From: a virus
Virus record (IMG/VR): IMGVR_UViG_3300036715_002050
Coordinates: 73,416-137,415 of that record
Length of the DNA: 64,000 nt
Direction: 5' to 3' (one strand)
The notes under the pieces are model-generated. The model saw only the letters and a program-made list of their open reading frames with translations. It searched no databases and was not told the origin of the DNA. The translations under genes and the position numbers were made by a program. The first letter of the stretch is position 1. Each line of letters starts with the position of its first letter. Of the stretch, positions 9,133-19,469 are shown piece after piece.

Positions 9133-9980
9133 TGACCTACCCACGTAAGTTAACCAAAGAACGTGACTACGAAATCCGCAACCTTTTGACCGACCACACG
9201 CCCCAAGAGCTAGCGGAACTCCTGTACGACTTGGTGCGCAAGTCCCAAGTGTCCGAACGGACAATCCGTTGTACTGCAGTTCATAACGAGTACGAAGTCT
9301 GTACTACATGCGACTTGTTGTCCATCTTTTGCGAGGACTAAATGTTATCCAATATCGATTCCGTCCGTATCCAACAAGTCGCACCCACCTTTTACGACGC
9401 CCACTTTGCACTCAAGGACTTTATCGATTATCGCCGGACCATCGAACTTTTACACGTTAACCAAGTTTATGACGCTCTCATCGAAAAAGTCCATCACGAC
9501 CTTGCCCAATTACCCGAAGCTTCTATGGGTTTAGCTTTCCCACAGGAATTTTAACATGAGCCACCACGATAACTACCCTCCTTGCCGCAGCCACGAAATG
9601 ATTTTGCATACCACCCGCGACAGAATGATTTGCACCAGATGTGGCGTCCGCTTTGCAAGTGGGTGTCGGACACTTCCCCTGGGAGCAAAACGGATTCTGT
9701 ATAAGGGGTGTGGTGGGTAGGTCGGGTGCAGCGTACGTACCCCAACGCTTTCCCTAGGGACAAAAACCGATTGTTGGCGTGCGTTACGGGACCCAACGTA
9801 GCGGGTAAGTGGTTGATTTTACTAGAAACGGTTTGGGAAAATTTTAAAAAAGGGATTCCGCCCTAGGGAAAGCACCACCGGGTCCCATACCGGTGGTGCT
9901 TATTAAATTCGTTCCGGAATAAATGGGTGATTTTTATAGAGAATTAGGGTCGGATATATACACTTCACCCCGCGCCTGCC

Positions 9981-10400
9981 GGATGTAGGTGGATGTGGGA
10001 CAATGTAGGGAAATTCGTTAACGAAACCTACATGTGGGTACATTAGCCTACAGTGTGTGGGGATGTGGGGAAGTGTGGGAGAAAGTGGGATGGTGTGTGT
10101 GGATGTGGGAGAAAGTGGGATGATGTGGGATGATGTGGGTGGATGTGGGGAAGTGTGGGAGAAAGTGGGATGGTGTGTGTGGATGTGGGACTAGGTGGGG
10201 AGGTGTGGGTCAATGTGGGTGGAGGTGGCCAGCTGTAGGCCAATGTGGGCCACTGTGGTATAGTGTGGGTCAATGTGGGCTTATATGGGTCGCTGTGGGG
10301 TGCTGTGGGCCATTGTACGATAGGGTAAGAAATTACACACATGAACACACATAAACCCACACGTAGTCCTGGGACACACACGCACACACACGCGCCCACA
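9981..10400. repeat. 10-bp-period NNNTGTGGGN array with short inverted CCCAC/CACAC array
   Basis: About 27 consecutive degenerate units at 10051-10320; 50-bp direct repeat at 10061-10110 and 10141-10190; CA-rich inverted units at ~10335-10400. Confidence 0.9.
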
Positions 10401-10589
10401 TGTAAGATTTACACGCATTACAACCTACATTTACAACCTTTACTGTATAGCGCTGTGGAGCGCGCGGTATTATCCCCAATAGGTGATTACACGCGCTTGT
10501 GGACGAGGCCGAAGTGTGGTCTAGTGGTTTTGCCCCGGTGACGCATAGCGAATCCGGGGGCTGCAAAGGGAACTAAAGCGGCCTACCGC

Positions 10590-11024
10590 TTGACTCGCTC
10601 CCTGAAGTGTGGTTTAAGTAGTGAATCAGCCGCGACGTAGAGCGGCGCAGCAAGCCAGAGAGGGGTTAGGCGGGGTCTATCTCCGCGCGGTACCCTCGTG
10701 ACCCTTCGGGGCGGGATTGGTTGAAGTAGACGGGTTGACTTCCGGTTCAAAGTGTGGTTTAAGTAGTGAATCAGCCGCCGCGAAAGGGTCTAGCAAGGTT
10801 CTGCGGTTTCCCGATGGGTTTGACTTCTCTTACCGATTCTGTTACACCTTATGGGCCTTCGGGCTCTCTTGTAGGACCGCCTCATATAGGGGTGTGGCGA
10901 CACTGTAAAATGGGCTAGTCCGGCTGCAAGGTGCCCGATGTTCTAAGCGTATGGGGACGGATTAGCTACTGCGGTTCCACCTAAAAAGTGACCGCTTGAC
11001 CCTTCGGGTCGGATGTAGTAGGGT
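10590..11024 (+). promoter_or_regulatory. Four tandem sigma70-type early promoters
   Basis: TTGACT at 10590 and 10735 share AAGTGTGGTTTAAGTAGTGAATCAGCCGC; TTGACT-N17-TACACC at 10820; TTGACC-N17-TAGGGT at 10996. Confidence 0.7.
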
Positions 11025-11239
11025 GGTTGTGTAGGGCAGGGCTGATAGCTCTCAACAAGTAGCGCCTAGACTATAGGTGGGCTAGGTGTCTAATGAAAGC
11101 GGTTTCTCCAACCGTTATTTGGAGTGTGGGCGTAATAGTAGGCTAGGGGATTGCCTAGAGGTAGTGTGACTCGTGTGGGCGCTTTTGGATGCGACCTACT
11201 ATGAACGGGGCTACAGGTAAGGTTTCTCTAGTCGAAAAA

Positions 11240-11720
11240 CAGGCCACAAACGCGGGTTGCGCGACGTACCCTAAACGGCGCGGACAGACTGGCCCCACGG
11301 GCCCCCGGGTATGGGGAGCATACCGCAACGCCTGCTAGCACCCATAGCCTCTGCGTACGTCTGCAACCCTCTAAGGGGTTGTGGGCCCGGAAAGAGAGCC
11401 CCCTAGGCAAAACCCTAGGCAATACCTCGCGAGAGGGTTGGTCATATGGCCGTCAGGCTATCGTGCCAACAAACAGGAAGGCGCGGGCAGACAAAACGCG
11501 GGAGCCTGTCTAAATATGCGTAATGATTAGAGATTCCGTGAGAGTCGGGATCTGGTTGGCAGAGGCAAGCCGTGGTGACGGGAATTATTCGGTTGTAGGA
11601 ATAATGCTCGGAACGCGGTGCGCGCGCTGTCGGCTAGCTGTGATGGTCAATCCCGCGTGACTGGTGACACACCCGGACGGTTCATCGTTCGGTGGCTGGG
11701 TTCGATTCCCAGGCGGGACA
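11240..11720 (+). ncRNA. Large structured ncRNA candidate ending in a tRNA-like module
   Basis: No credible ORF; nested long-range helices and many hairpins; 3' module TCCCGC/GCGGGA plus CTGGG-TTCGATT-CCCAG. Confidence 0.6.
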
Positions 11721-11778
11721 TTGTTGTACAGGGTTTCTCCCTTTAACTACGGGCGGAAACGCCCGGCGGAGTTCTACC

Positions 11779-12381
11779 ATGGCTATCAAGCAAATCCGTA
11801 TCCCGACGCACAACGTTTGTGTGGTCAAGGTGTTGGGCGCTGGGGCTGGCAAGTCGCCGCGTACGTCCACGCGGTGCGCGGTGGTGCCGGACCCGTGCGA
11901 GTGGTTGCGGAAGGCGCACGCGGGCGACGTGGTGGACGCGGGGCAGCACGCCGCGCCTGGTGGCAAGGCTCGGGCGGAAGTCTACCGGGTGACGGTGCTG
12001 GACCCGGAAGCGGGGGATTTGCCGCCCAACGCGCCGAAGGCGTACCGGGATGCCTCCTTCAAGGCGGCTGCACGGTCTGCGGCACGCAAGGCTCGGGTGG
12101 CTGGGGCGATTGTTGCGCCCGTGCCGGTCGCGGCTGTCAAGCCCACGGTCACTGTTACCGTGGTGGTGGATGCGCCCAAGGCTTTCAAGGCGCCCCGTGT
12201 GTCCAAGGCTTTGTCGGGTGCCACACCCAAGGCTTTGCCTGCCGCCAAGGGTGAGCGTAACGAGCCCGTCGGTAAGACGGTTGACGTGTGCGTCCAGTGC
12301 AAGGCCCCGATTGGGTTGGACCATGAGGGCTCGCCCAAGGTTGGAATGGGTGGCGTCTGTTTCACGTGCGGCGAAAAGTAA
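11779..12381 (+). CDS. First early ORF, Ala/Lys/Pro-rich with C-terminal CxxC...CxxC
   Basis: GGAG RBS before ATG at 11779; biased codon usage. Confidence 0.6.
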   Translation: MAIKQIRIPTHNVCVVKVLGAGAGKSPRTSTRCAVVPDPCEWLRKAHAGDVVDAGQHAAPGGKARAEVYRVTVLDPEAGDLPPNAPKAYRDASFKAAARSAARKARVAGAIVAPVPVAAVKPTVTVTVVVDAPKAFKAPRVSKALSGATPKALPAAKGERNEPVGKTVDVCVQCKAPIGLDHEGSPKVGMGGVCFTCGEK

Positions 12382-12912
12382 CAGCTTGTGCAGGGATGGG
12401 CCGCACACTCTAACGGGTTGCGGCTCGATTTGTTGTTCCCTTAACAAAAGGAAAGCAAAATGTCCGTCGGGAATCCTTTTACGCGGCAGCTTGACACAAA
12501 GTTGTATGATGCGTCACAGCGGGTGGATTACATCCACGAAGACAAGTACGCTTCGCTTGGGGTTGCGGTGCTGGAAACGTGCCCGCTGGCTTTCTTGGCG
12601 CGGGAGGATCGTCCGCTGGATGCGGCACACTTGCCGGAAGCGTTGCGGCTGGATCAGGTCATGTCACGGCTGGCGTGGACCTGACACATGCGCAACAATC
12701 CTATCCGTAAGTGTGAAAAGTGTGGGAAACGTACATCAGCCCACATTCTTGTACCATCCGTCAACAAGTATGGCGACGATTCCAAGCGCGTCATGCACTG
12801 TTGCTTGAAGTGTCAAGCAGAAAAGCGGGATCTGGAAAAAGACCGCTGACGTACCGGCACGTTTCGCTTAACGGCGGGGCGTGCCAATTGTTTAACCAGC
12901 AAAGGATTTGTC

Positions 12913-13260
12913 ATGCAAAAGTTTCCCAGCATCAAAGCGGTCCGCAAGGCGTTGGTCAAAATCAACAAAGACGTGGCCGGTTCTGCAAAAGAGGATGACG
13001 TGGAAGTGCGTCTGCAGGTGTTGGAGTCCGGGTATTGGGCTGTCCGGTTTGGGTCGGCGGATTACGACCAAGACCACCGTGGGTTGTGGGGCAGCGGGTA
13101 CGTGCGCGGCGACCGGCGCAGGTTGAATTGCACGGACGTCGCCCGGGAGTTGCTTGACCAGTGCCGGGAGTCGTACGCGGAACAGCAAGCGTTCGCGGCT
13201 GCCGTGGCCCCGCAAGTGCGCGTCGACTTGGCTGCGCCGCGTTTCCCTGAAATTTGGTGA
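12913..13260 (+). CDS. Phage hypothetical protein
   Basis: AAGGA RBS; VRLQV...W....G..DYDQDHRG.WG motif. Confidence 0.6.
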   Translation: MQKFPSIKAVRKALVKINKDVAGSAKEDDVEVRLQVLESGYWAVRFGSADYDQDHRGLWGSGYVRGDRRRLNCTDVARELLDQCRESYAEQQAFAAAVAPQVRVDLAAPRFPEIW

Positions 13261-13611
13261 CGTTTGGTAAAAAGCTTTTACAGCTTTACTGCGGCGTGTT
13301 TCTTAACGGAAACACGCCCGCGTTCGTTGTGGCGGTTAACCCCGAACGCGGAGCATAACATGCATACGTTCTATGTGATTGCGATGTACTGCAGCATTCC
13401 GGCCCGTCCGATTGTGGTGCAGGCACGCAACGAAGTGCACGCGCTGCGCGTGGCAGAGCAGCGACGCGGTGCGGCATTCTTGGACCACGGGCTGGTGCTG
13501 GTGTTCGCTGCGCCCGTGTTGACGGCGACGAACAAGGGCAACGGCGTGATGGAGTTGTCCAAGTAACAAAGGCGCTTCCCTATCCACAAGGTAAGGAAGC
13601 GTGATCGTTGT

Positions 13612-13692
13612 GCCCGATTGGTGGAATGGTAGACACAGCAGACTCAAAATCTGCCGCCGCAAGGCATCCCGGTTCGAGTCCGGGATCGGGCA
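13612..13692 (+). tRNA. tRNA-Leu(CAA)
   Basis: GCCCGAT/ATCGGGC, GCAGA-CTCAAAA-TCTGC, long variable arm. Confidence 0.92.
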
Positions 13693-13735
13693 TTGTTGTT
13701 TGTTGTACGACTTTCCCACCCACAGGAGCAATACC

Positions 13736-13981
13736 ATGGCTTCACACAACATCGTTGCCACGTCGCTGTTCGATGAGATCGAGCCCAAGCGTCACGAGAT
13801 GACGCAGGCTGAGTACGACACGGGCGTGTCCGAAGGGTCGGGGATTTGCTTATCCTGCGGAAACATCGCAGACACGTGCGAGGAAGAGTCGACCGGGGAG
13901 GAGTGCGACACGTGCGGGGAGTACGACGTGGTCGCCTTCGAAACCGCGTTCGTGGACGACAAGATCGAGATCGAGGACTAA
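13736..13981 (+). CDS. Small very acidic zinc-ribbon protein
   Basis: AGGAG RBS; CLSCG...CEE...ECDTCGE; D/E rich. Confidence 0.6.
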   Translation: MASHNIVATSLFDEIEPKRHEMTQAEYDTGVSEGSGICLSCGNIADTCEEESTGEECDTCGEYDVVAFETAFVDDKIEIED

Positions 13982-14247
13982 AAAGCTTTGGGAAACGTAA
14001 CGCCGCCTTACATTCCTTAGCGGGGGTGTAGGGCATTCGTCGTGGAGGAAGCATGACGTGGTCGCAAGACGGTCCGTTGACGTGACGTAACTTTTTCTGA
14101 GAGCCCATCCAACGCACGAAAGGTGGATACAAATGCTGTTAAAAACGCGCTAGCCCGATCCGCGCGACCAAGTACGGGATAGGTTTGCTGGTTTTGCCTG
14201 ACGTGAGATTGTCGCTTAGACTTTACTCATGCCACAAACCGGCGCGC

Positions 14248-14320
14248 GGGATCTTGGTGAAACGGTTATCACCTCCGACTTTTAATCGGTACGTTGTGGG
14301 TTCGAATCCCACAGATCCCA
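14248..14320 (+). tRNA. tRNA-Lys(TTT)
   Basis: GGGATCT/AGATCCC, loop CTTTTAA. Confidence 0.9.
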
Positions 14321-14944
14321 TTTGTTGTGCCAAGTTTGTTGTATAACTTTCGCCAGGAGACGCACATGGCTGTGCAAACGTTGGACACACAAACGCGGGT
14401 CAACCGCGCGTTTGCGGGTGCCAAGGCCGATTGTAGCGGGTTGGCCGAAAACTGTTCTGCTACGTTGACCGAGTGGGCGATAAACAAGACGTGCGCCAAT
14501 TGGGAAGCGTACAAAGCCGCGTGTGCTGCCCACGACTCCGCTTACGCCGCGTCCATGCAAAAGTGGCGTCGTCGGTGGGGCTTGGAACCGTAACGCCGCA
14601 CGCAACACCGGGCACGCTTGCTCTAACGGGCGGCGTGCTCATCCTTTAACGGAGGCTGTATGATCAAGCTGAAAGGTTCGTCGGCAGACGTGGCGCAAAT
14701 CCAAGTCGCAACCCGCGTGCTGGCAGAAGCCACCACCACTTCCCCCTACCTGCGCAAGCCCCGCCGCAACATGCGGAACAAGGGTGTCACGTGCTCCTGC
14801 GGCAAGCCCGCGGCGTGCCGGGGCGCGTGCGGGGCGTGCTACTCCAAAGGGTACTTCGCGGCGTGGATCGCGTGTGGTGGCGTGAAGCCCGCGCCGAAGT
14901 AAGCAACACCAGCAATAAACGCACGTGCGGTCGCGTGCGTGTCC

Positions 14945-15016
14945 GGCGCCATAATTTAACGGCTAGAATGGAGGCTTTTCAATCCTCCGGTGTGGGTTCG
15001 ATTCCCACTGGCGTCA
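14945..15016 (+). tRNA. tRNA-Glu(TTC)
   Basis: GGCGCCA/TGGCGTC, loop TTTTCAA, T arm GTGGG-TTCGATT-CCCAC. Confidence 0.85.
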
Positions 15017-15607
15017 TTTGTTGTGCCAAGTTTGTTGTACGACTTTTACATAGGAGGCAGCATGCAAGCTTTGATTGCTGTGATGGTTTTCAAAAAGCTT
15101 ATCCGCTACCGTCCCGGTGGTTGGGACGACCGCTATTACGTGGCGTGCTGCCCGAATACGTTGGTGATGCGATGATTGACCAACATAACAGCGGCATAAT
15201 CCGGGTCAAACTCCTCGCCATCGTCGTCGTGGTTCAAGCTGTTTTGAGCCCAGCAAGCGTCACATTCCATTGCGGCGTATGCACCGAAGGAATACCGCTC
15301 GACAGCGGGCACCGGTTCGATGGTGTTGGTTCGCGCGCACTTGCGGCAAAAGTACCGGCCCATGCCGGTGAAAGCTTGGATAGCGATTATCCAACCAACT
15401 TTTGATCAGTGATTCTGTCAGCCGCACGGATCTTAACGGACACGTGCGGCTATCGTTTGCGTAAGGGCGTGGCCCGCAAAGTCACGTCCGTACGACGGTG
15501 TTTAAGGACAGCCGGTTGGGTTGATCACCCACAAATCAACAAAACAAGGCTTGGAGTTCAACTCTCCCGCAAACGATTTGTTGTACCACTTACACAGGGG
15601 TTCGCAC

Positions 15608-15961
15608 ATGGCTAACAAGACCACGTTGGAAGTGCTGGAAGAGGCCAAGGCTTTGTTGGCCAAGCCCGGGGTTTGGCAGCAGGGCTCCCGGGAGTATTTC
15701 GACAACGACGGCAAAGCCCACCACTGCGCCTTGGGTGCGCTGGACGAAGTAGTTGGCGGCTACACCCTGGCTGGCGACGACACCGAAGCGTTCTGGGCGC
15801 TGTACGAAGCCTTGCCCAAGCGACCGGAGAAGGCTTCGGTGGACATGTCGCCAGCCATGTGCATCGCACGGTTCAACGACCGGCAATCGTCCCGGGCGCC
15901 CGTGCTGAGGCTGTTCTCACGCGCCATCCGCCGCGTGAAGCTGGATAACACACCGCTGTAA
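15608..15961 (+). CDS. DUF6197-like family paralogue 1
   Basis: A..LL....W.QG...HCALGAL...FND....V..LF..AI. Confidence 0.7.
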   Translation: MANKTTLEVLEEAKALLAKPGVWQQGSREYFDNDGKAHHCALGALDEVVGGYTLAGDDTEAFWALYEALPKRPEKASVDMSPAMCIARFNDRQSSRAPVLRLFSRAIRRVKLDNTPL

Positions 15962-16003
15962 TTGAACGGGCGCTGTTCACTTAACGGTGACAGCGTCCAT
16001 TGC

Positions 16004-16074
16004 CGGAGCGTCGTCCAACGGCAGGACAGTGGACTTTGAATCCACGAATGAGAGTTCGATTCTCTCCGCTCCTA
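16004..16074 (+). tRNA. tRNA-Gln(TTG)
   Basis: GTGGA-CTTTGAA-TCCAC, D GTCC/GGAC, T arm GAGAG-TTCGATT-CTCTC. Confidence 0.88.
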
Positions 16075-16116
16075 TTTGTTACACAGCTTTTCACAGCTTT
16101 TCACAGGAGAGCGCAC

Positions 16117-16452
16117 ATGGCTCGGACGCGGCATTCGGTTTTGGTGGCGGCACGCAAGTTGATTGACACGCCGGAGAAGTGGTGCACGGTTTGGTACGCG
16201 AAAAACGCCAAAGGATATGGCGTGATGAACATGGACCGAACCGCCACCGCTTTTTGCGCGGTGGGTGCAATCCAGCGGGTCTTGAACGGTAATCGCCGCG
16301 CCACCGAACTGTATTTGGCGGACCTGCCCGCGTGGCGTGACTTGAACCGGTTTTTGAACTTTTTGAATGAGCAACCCGACACCACCCACGACGACGTGTT
16401 GCATGCGTTCGATGAACTCATCCGTGAATCGCGCCCGAAGTCGCACAAGTAA
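16117..16452 (+). CDS. DUF6197-like family paralogue 2
   Basis: ARKLI..PEKW....A....G...AFCAVGAI.R...NE.PDTTHDDVL.AFD. Confidence 0.75.
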   Translation: MARTRHSVLVAARKLIDTPEKWCTVWYAKNAKGYGVMNMDRTATAFCAVGAIQRVLNGNRRATELYLADLPAWRDLNRFLNFLNEQPDTTHDDVLHAFDELIRESRPKSHK

Positions 16453-16944
16453 CCGGCTGCGTGTGGGGTAAAAGCCCACGCAGTCATTTGTTACACAGCT
16501 TTTGCCCAGGAGGCACACATGCATTTCATTTACACGTGGGAGTTCGTTCGAGGCTTGAACGAGCGTATCACGCGCACCGTTTGCGCGTCGGTTGACAAGG
16601 ACGTAGCGTTGTTGGAAGAGGAAGTGGCTGCGGGGGTTTGGCGCACCATGGGCCCCGGCTGGGTGCCGGGCTTGATTGGGTGTGAGATCGCATGAAATAC
16701 GAAGTCCACGTGTATATCGGCGGCTGGTTGTTTACCCGCGCTTGCCGCACCTTCGAAAGCGCCGCGCAATGTGCTAAGGAAAGTTCTTTAGCGATGGCTG
16801 CGCATGCGATTGTGACAAATGACGGGGCGGCTGCGCAAGAGTGGCACAACGGTGTGTTGTTGAACTCTTTCGCTTAGTAGGGCTGCCGCATGTTCCTTAA
16901 CGGGTGCATGCGGTAATTATTGTGCCCCGAACAGGAGGTAACAA

Positions 16945-17241
16945 ATGGTGACGATCAACAAGAAAGTGATTGCCGACGCTTCGGCTTTGCTGCGCAAGGG
17001 CTGGTCCCAGGATGAGTACGCGCTGGACGCACAAGGCAACGAAGTCATTCCGTGCGCCGACGAAGCCGTGACGTTCTGTGCCATCGGCGCGCTGGCGCGG
17101 GTGCTGGACACAAGCGCGCTTGCCGTGGAAGAGGCGCTGTCGGACTGGGGGATTTCTTCCACCATCCTCATCGACACCAACGACTCGGCAGAGAACGTGG
17201 AAGAGGTGATCGAAGCGTTGGAAGAACTGCCCATCGAGTAA
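16945..17241 (+). CDS. DUF6197-like family paralogue 3
   Basis: LL.KGW.Q...A.D..G..V...A..FCAIGAL.R...ND....EEVI..L. Confidence 0.75.
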   Translation: MVTINKKVIADASALLRKGWSQDEYALDAQGNEVIPCADEAVTFCAIGALARVLDTSALAVEEALSDWGISSTILIDTNDSAENVEEVIEALEELPIE

Positions 17242-17312
17242 CACCGGGCACCGTTAGTGGCGAAAGCCAACGGTGCTCTTTGTTGGGTAGTTAACACGCA
17301 AAGGGGCTACAA

Positions 17313-17636
17313 ATGGGCTTGAAAAAGATCGTGACGGAGGCTCGCGCCTTGCTGGCCAAGGGGTGGTGCAAGGGCACTTTTGCTCGTGACATCAACGGCG
17401 AGTGTGTACACCATGGCTTTCCCAATGCTGTGGCCTTCTGTTCGCTGGGTGCTATCGCACGCGCCCAGGGTGACGCGAACTTCGGCAGGCGGGCGGGCCA
17501 GGTTCCACGCGAGTTTTACAGCGCGTTCGAAAAGGTGAGCGGCACACAAGACGTGGTGTGGTTCAATGACCACAAGTGCCGCTCGCAAGAGGAAATCGTG
17601 GACGTCTTCGACAAGGTCATTGCGCTAATCGACTGA
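17313..17636 (+). CDS. DUF6197-like family paralogue 4
   Basis: ARALL.KGWCKG..ARD..G..V...AVAFCSLGAI.R...WFND...R..EEI...FD..I. Confidence 0.75.
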   Translation: MGLKKIVTEARALLAKGWCKGTFARDINGECVHHGFPNAVAFCSLGAIARAQGDANFGRRAGQVPREFYSAFEKVSGTQDVVWFNDHKCRSQEEIVDVFDKVIALID

Positions 17637-17659
17637 CCTACACGTTGGAAAAGCTTACC

Positions 17660-17708
17660 ACGTCGGGCACGTTGACGCAAGTGCATGGGTTCAAATCCCT
17701 CCCGGCGT
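17660..17708 (+). ncRNA. D-armless tRNA-like minihelix
   Basis: ACGTCGGG/CCCGGCGT stem, GCAC..GTGC hairpin, GGG-TTCAAAT-CCC T arm. Confidence 0.5.
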
Positions 17709-17814
17709 TTTGTAGCAACACCCCTTGCATTCGGTTTGGGGCTGTGCTACGGTCTTTTCACACAGAGCAAGCGTGTCTCTGGTTGTATTCCCCCCACACG
17801 CGCAGGGTGTTCAC

Positions 17815-18972
17815 ATGGCTGACGCCATTGTCTCCGTTGTTCCCGCAGAGTTGTCCCACATCGAGCCCGTGGCGCTGCAGAAGTTGCAAGCCAAGGGGCT
17901 CACCCTGTCCGAGATCCTGGGCATCTTCCCGGCACCCGCCGTGCAGCCCGTGGTCGCCCGGCAGGGCAAGAAGCGCACCAACGTGCCCACGGACTTCGCC
18001 GGGTCCAAGGTGCCGTGGCACAAGGTCGGCAACCCGCTGCCCGAGCGCATCCCCCACGAGATGCTGACGTCCTTCCTGCCGCGCGTCATGGCGTCGGCTG
18101 GGCTGGACTGGGAGCCGTACAAGGCCCAGTCGTACTTCCGCGACGAACGCGCGTCCCAGTACGTGCTGGACAGCGAGTCCTTCAAGGTCATCCGCGACAC
18201 GCCCACCGGCCCGGTCATCCTCGCCAACCACGTGGGCAACGACTACCGCGTGATCAAGAACGCGGACACCGTCGCCTTCCTCTTCGCGGTGTCCGAAGGC
18301 ATCGGCACCATGGAGACGCTGGGCTACTTCGGTGACGGGCAGCAGGTCTTCGGGTGCCTGCGGCTGGGCGACCAGCAACTCATCAACGGGGACAAGATCC
18401 ACCCGTACGTGGTGTTCCGCAACAGCCACGACTCGTCGTGTGAGTTCGAGGCATGGCGGTCCACCATCCGCCCGGAGTGCGGCAACATGCTCCAGGCGTC
18501 CCGGTCGCGCGCCACCAAGGAAGTAGGCATGGTGCGCGTGCGCCATGAGGGCGACACCAACATCAAGATCGAGGACGCCCAGAAGGCGCTCAAGATTCTG
18601 GTGGAGAACTCGCTCAACGACGTGCGCCGCTTCGATGAACTCCTGCTCAAGGACTTCTCCATCAAGCAGATGGAGGAGTACGCCGTGTCCCTGTTCCCCG
18701 GTGACGGCACCGCGACCAAGGACCGGCGCGCGGATCTGTCCATGCTGTTCCTGCATGGCACCGGTCACGACAAGCTGGGCCAGAACGCCTACGCAGCTCT
18801 GCAGTCGGTCACGCAGTACATCGACCACGGTGGGCGCCGTGTCAACGCCCTCAAGGGTGACACCGTCCGCGCACAGAACTCGCGCCAGGCCGAGTCGCTC
18901 ATGCTGGGCAAGGGCGCCCAGATGAAGACGTACGCCTTTAACACCATCTGTGACATGGTGGGCGTGCTGTAA
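17815..18972 (+). CDS. DUF932/DUF945 phage/plasmid-like protein
   Basis: VPWH..G...AGLDW...VGNDY.VI.N...ETLG....G..VF...NSHD.S....TIRP.C.N.L...VRH.G...AYAALQSVT.Y.DH. Confidence 0.85.
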   Translation: MADAIVSVVPAELSHIEPVALQKLQAKGLTLSEILGIFPAPAVQPVVARQGKKRTNVPTDFAGSKVPWHKVGNPLPERIPHEMLTSFLPRVMASAGLDWEPYKAQSYFRDERASQYVLDSESFKVIRDTPTGPVILANHVGNDYRVIKNADTVAFLFAVSEGIGTMETLGYFGDGQQVFGCLRLGDQQLINGDKIHPYVVFRNSHDSSCEFEAWRSTIRPECGNMLQASRSRATKEVGMVRVRHEGDTNIKIEDAQKALKILVENSLNDVRRFDELLLKDFSIKQMEEYAVSLFPGDGTATKDRRADLSMLFLHGTGHDKLGQNAYAALQSVTQYIDHGGRRVNALKGDTVRAQNSRQAESLMLGKGAQMKTYAFNTICDMVGVL

Positions 18973-19469
18973 GTTGTTTGCCAAGCATTACCGGACACGT
19001 GTGGTGTTGTTGACCTTTCCGCCCAAAGCGGCACGTGTTCTTTGTTGTGCAACAAACTTACAAAGGAGTTCGCAAATGCGTATCGCGCAAATGCGTATCG
19101 CGCAAAGCGCCTTGAACAGGATGTTGGTGTTGGGATAACAGCCGTTCGAATCGGCACATAGGCGTTGTTGTTAGCTGTTAACCCGTTGCACTTACAAGGT
19201 CGAAAGACCGCAAAAGGTGGTTGCCAATGGTTGCCAAGAAGAATACCCGTAACACGATGTTCAAGCGCACGGATGCAGAGAACCGGGCGGCGATGCGCAA
19301 CGGTAACACGGTGGCGGAGGTGCTGGCGGCGCTGGACGCGCGGGGCTTGACAGCGACCAAGGAGCGTGCGAAGCTGCAGGCATTGGTGGCGAAGGCGGTG
19401 GCCAAGGGGCTCACGGGCACGGCAACCATCGGGGAGATCCGGGCCGCGCTGGCCCGCCACAAGTAAGCT

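Noticed and set aside
10051-10320. Possible CRISPR array or coding ORF (10043-10399 minus, His/Pro/Thr-rich)
   Set aside because: Units are 10-bp degenerate tandem repeats without unique spacers; the ORF is a by-product of the repeat; no cas genes are present.
13995-14130. Twister-like (TAACGCCGCC...GGTCGCAAG) or hammerhead-like (CTGAGAG...CGAAA) ribozyme
   Set aside because: The required P2/pseudoknot pairings and hammerhead stem II could not be formed by eye.
17758-18984. 408-aa minus-strand ORF and similar long antisense ORFs (11743-12447, 61219-61896)
   Set aside because: Shadow frames of GC3-biased plus-strand genes that carry recognisable motifs.
19069-19110. 15-bp tandem repeat CGCAAATGCGTATCG and other short duplications (16082, 24541, 37730, 41978)
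   Set aside because: Two to three copies only; consistent with replication slippage, with no further structure.
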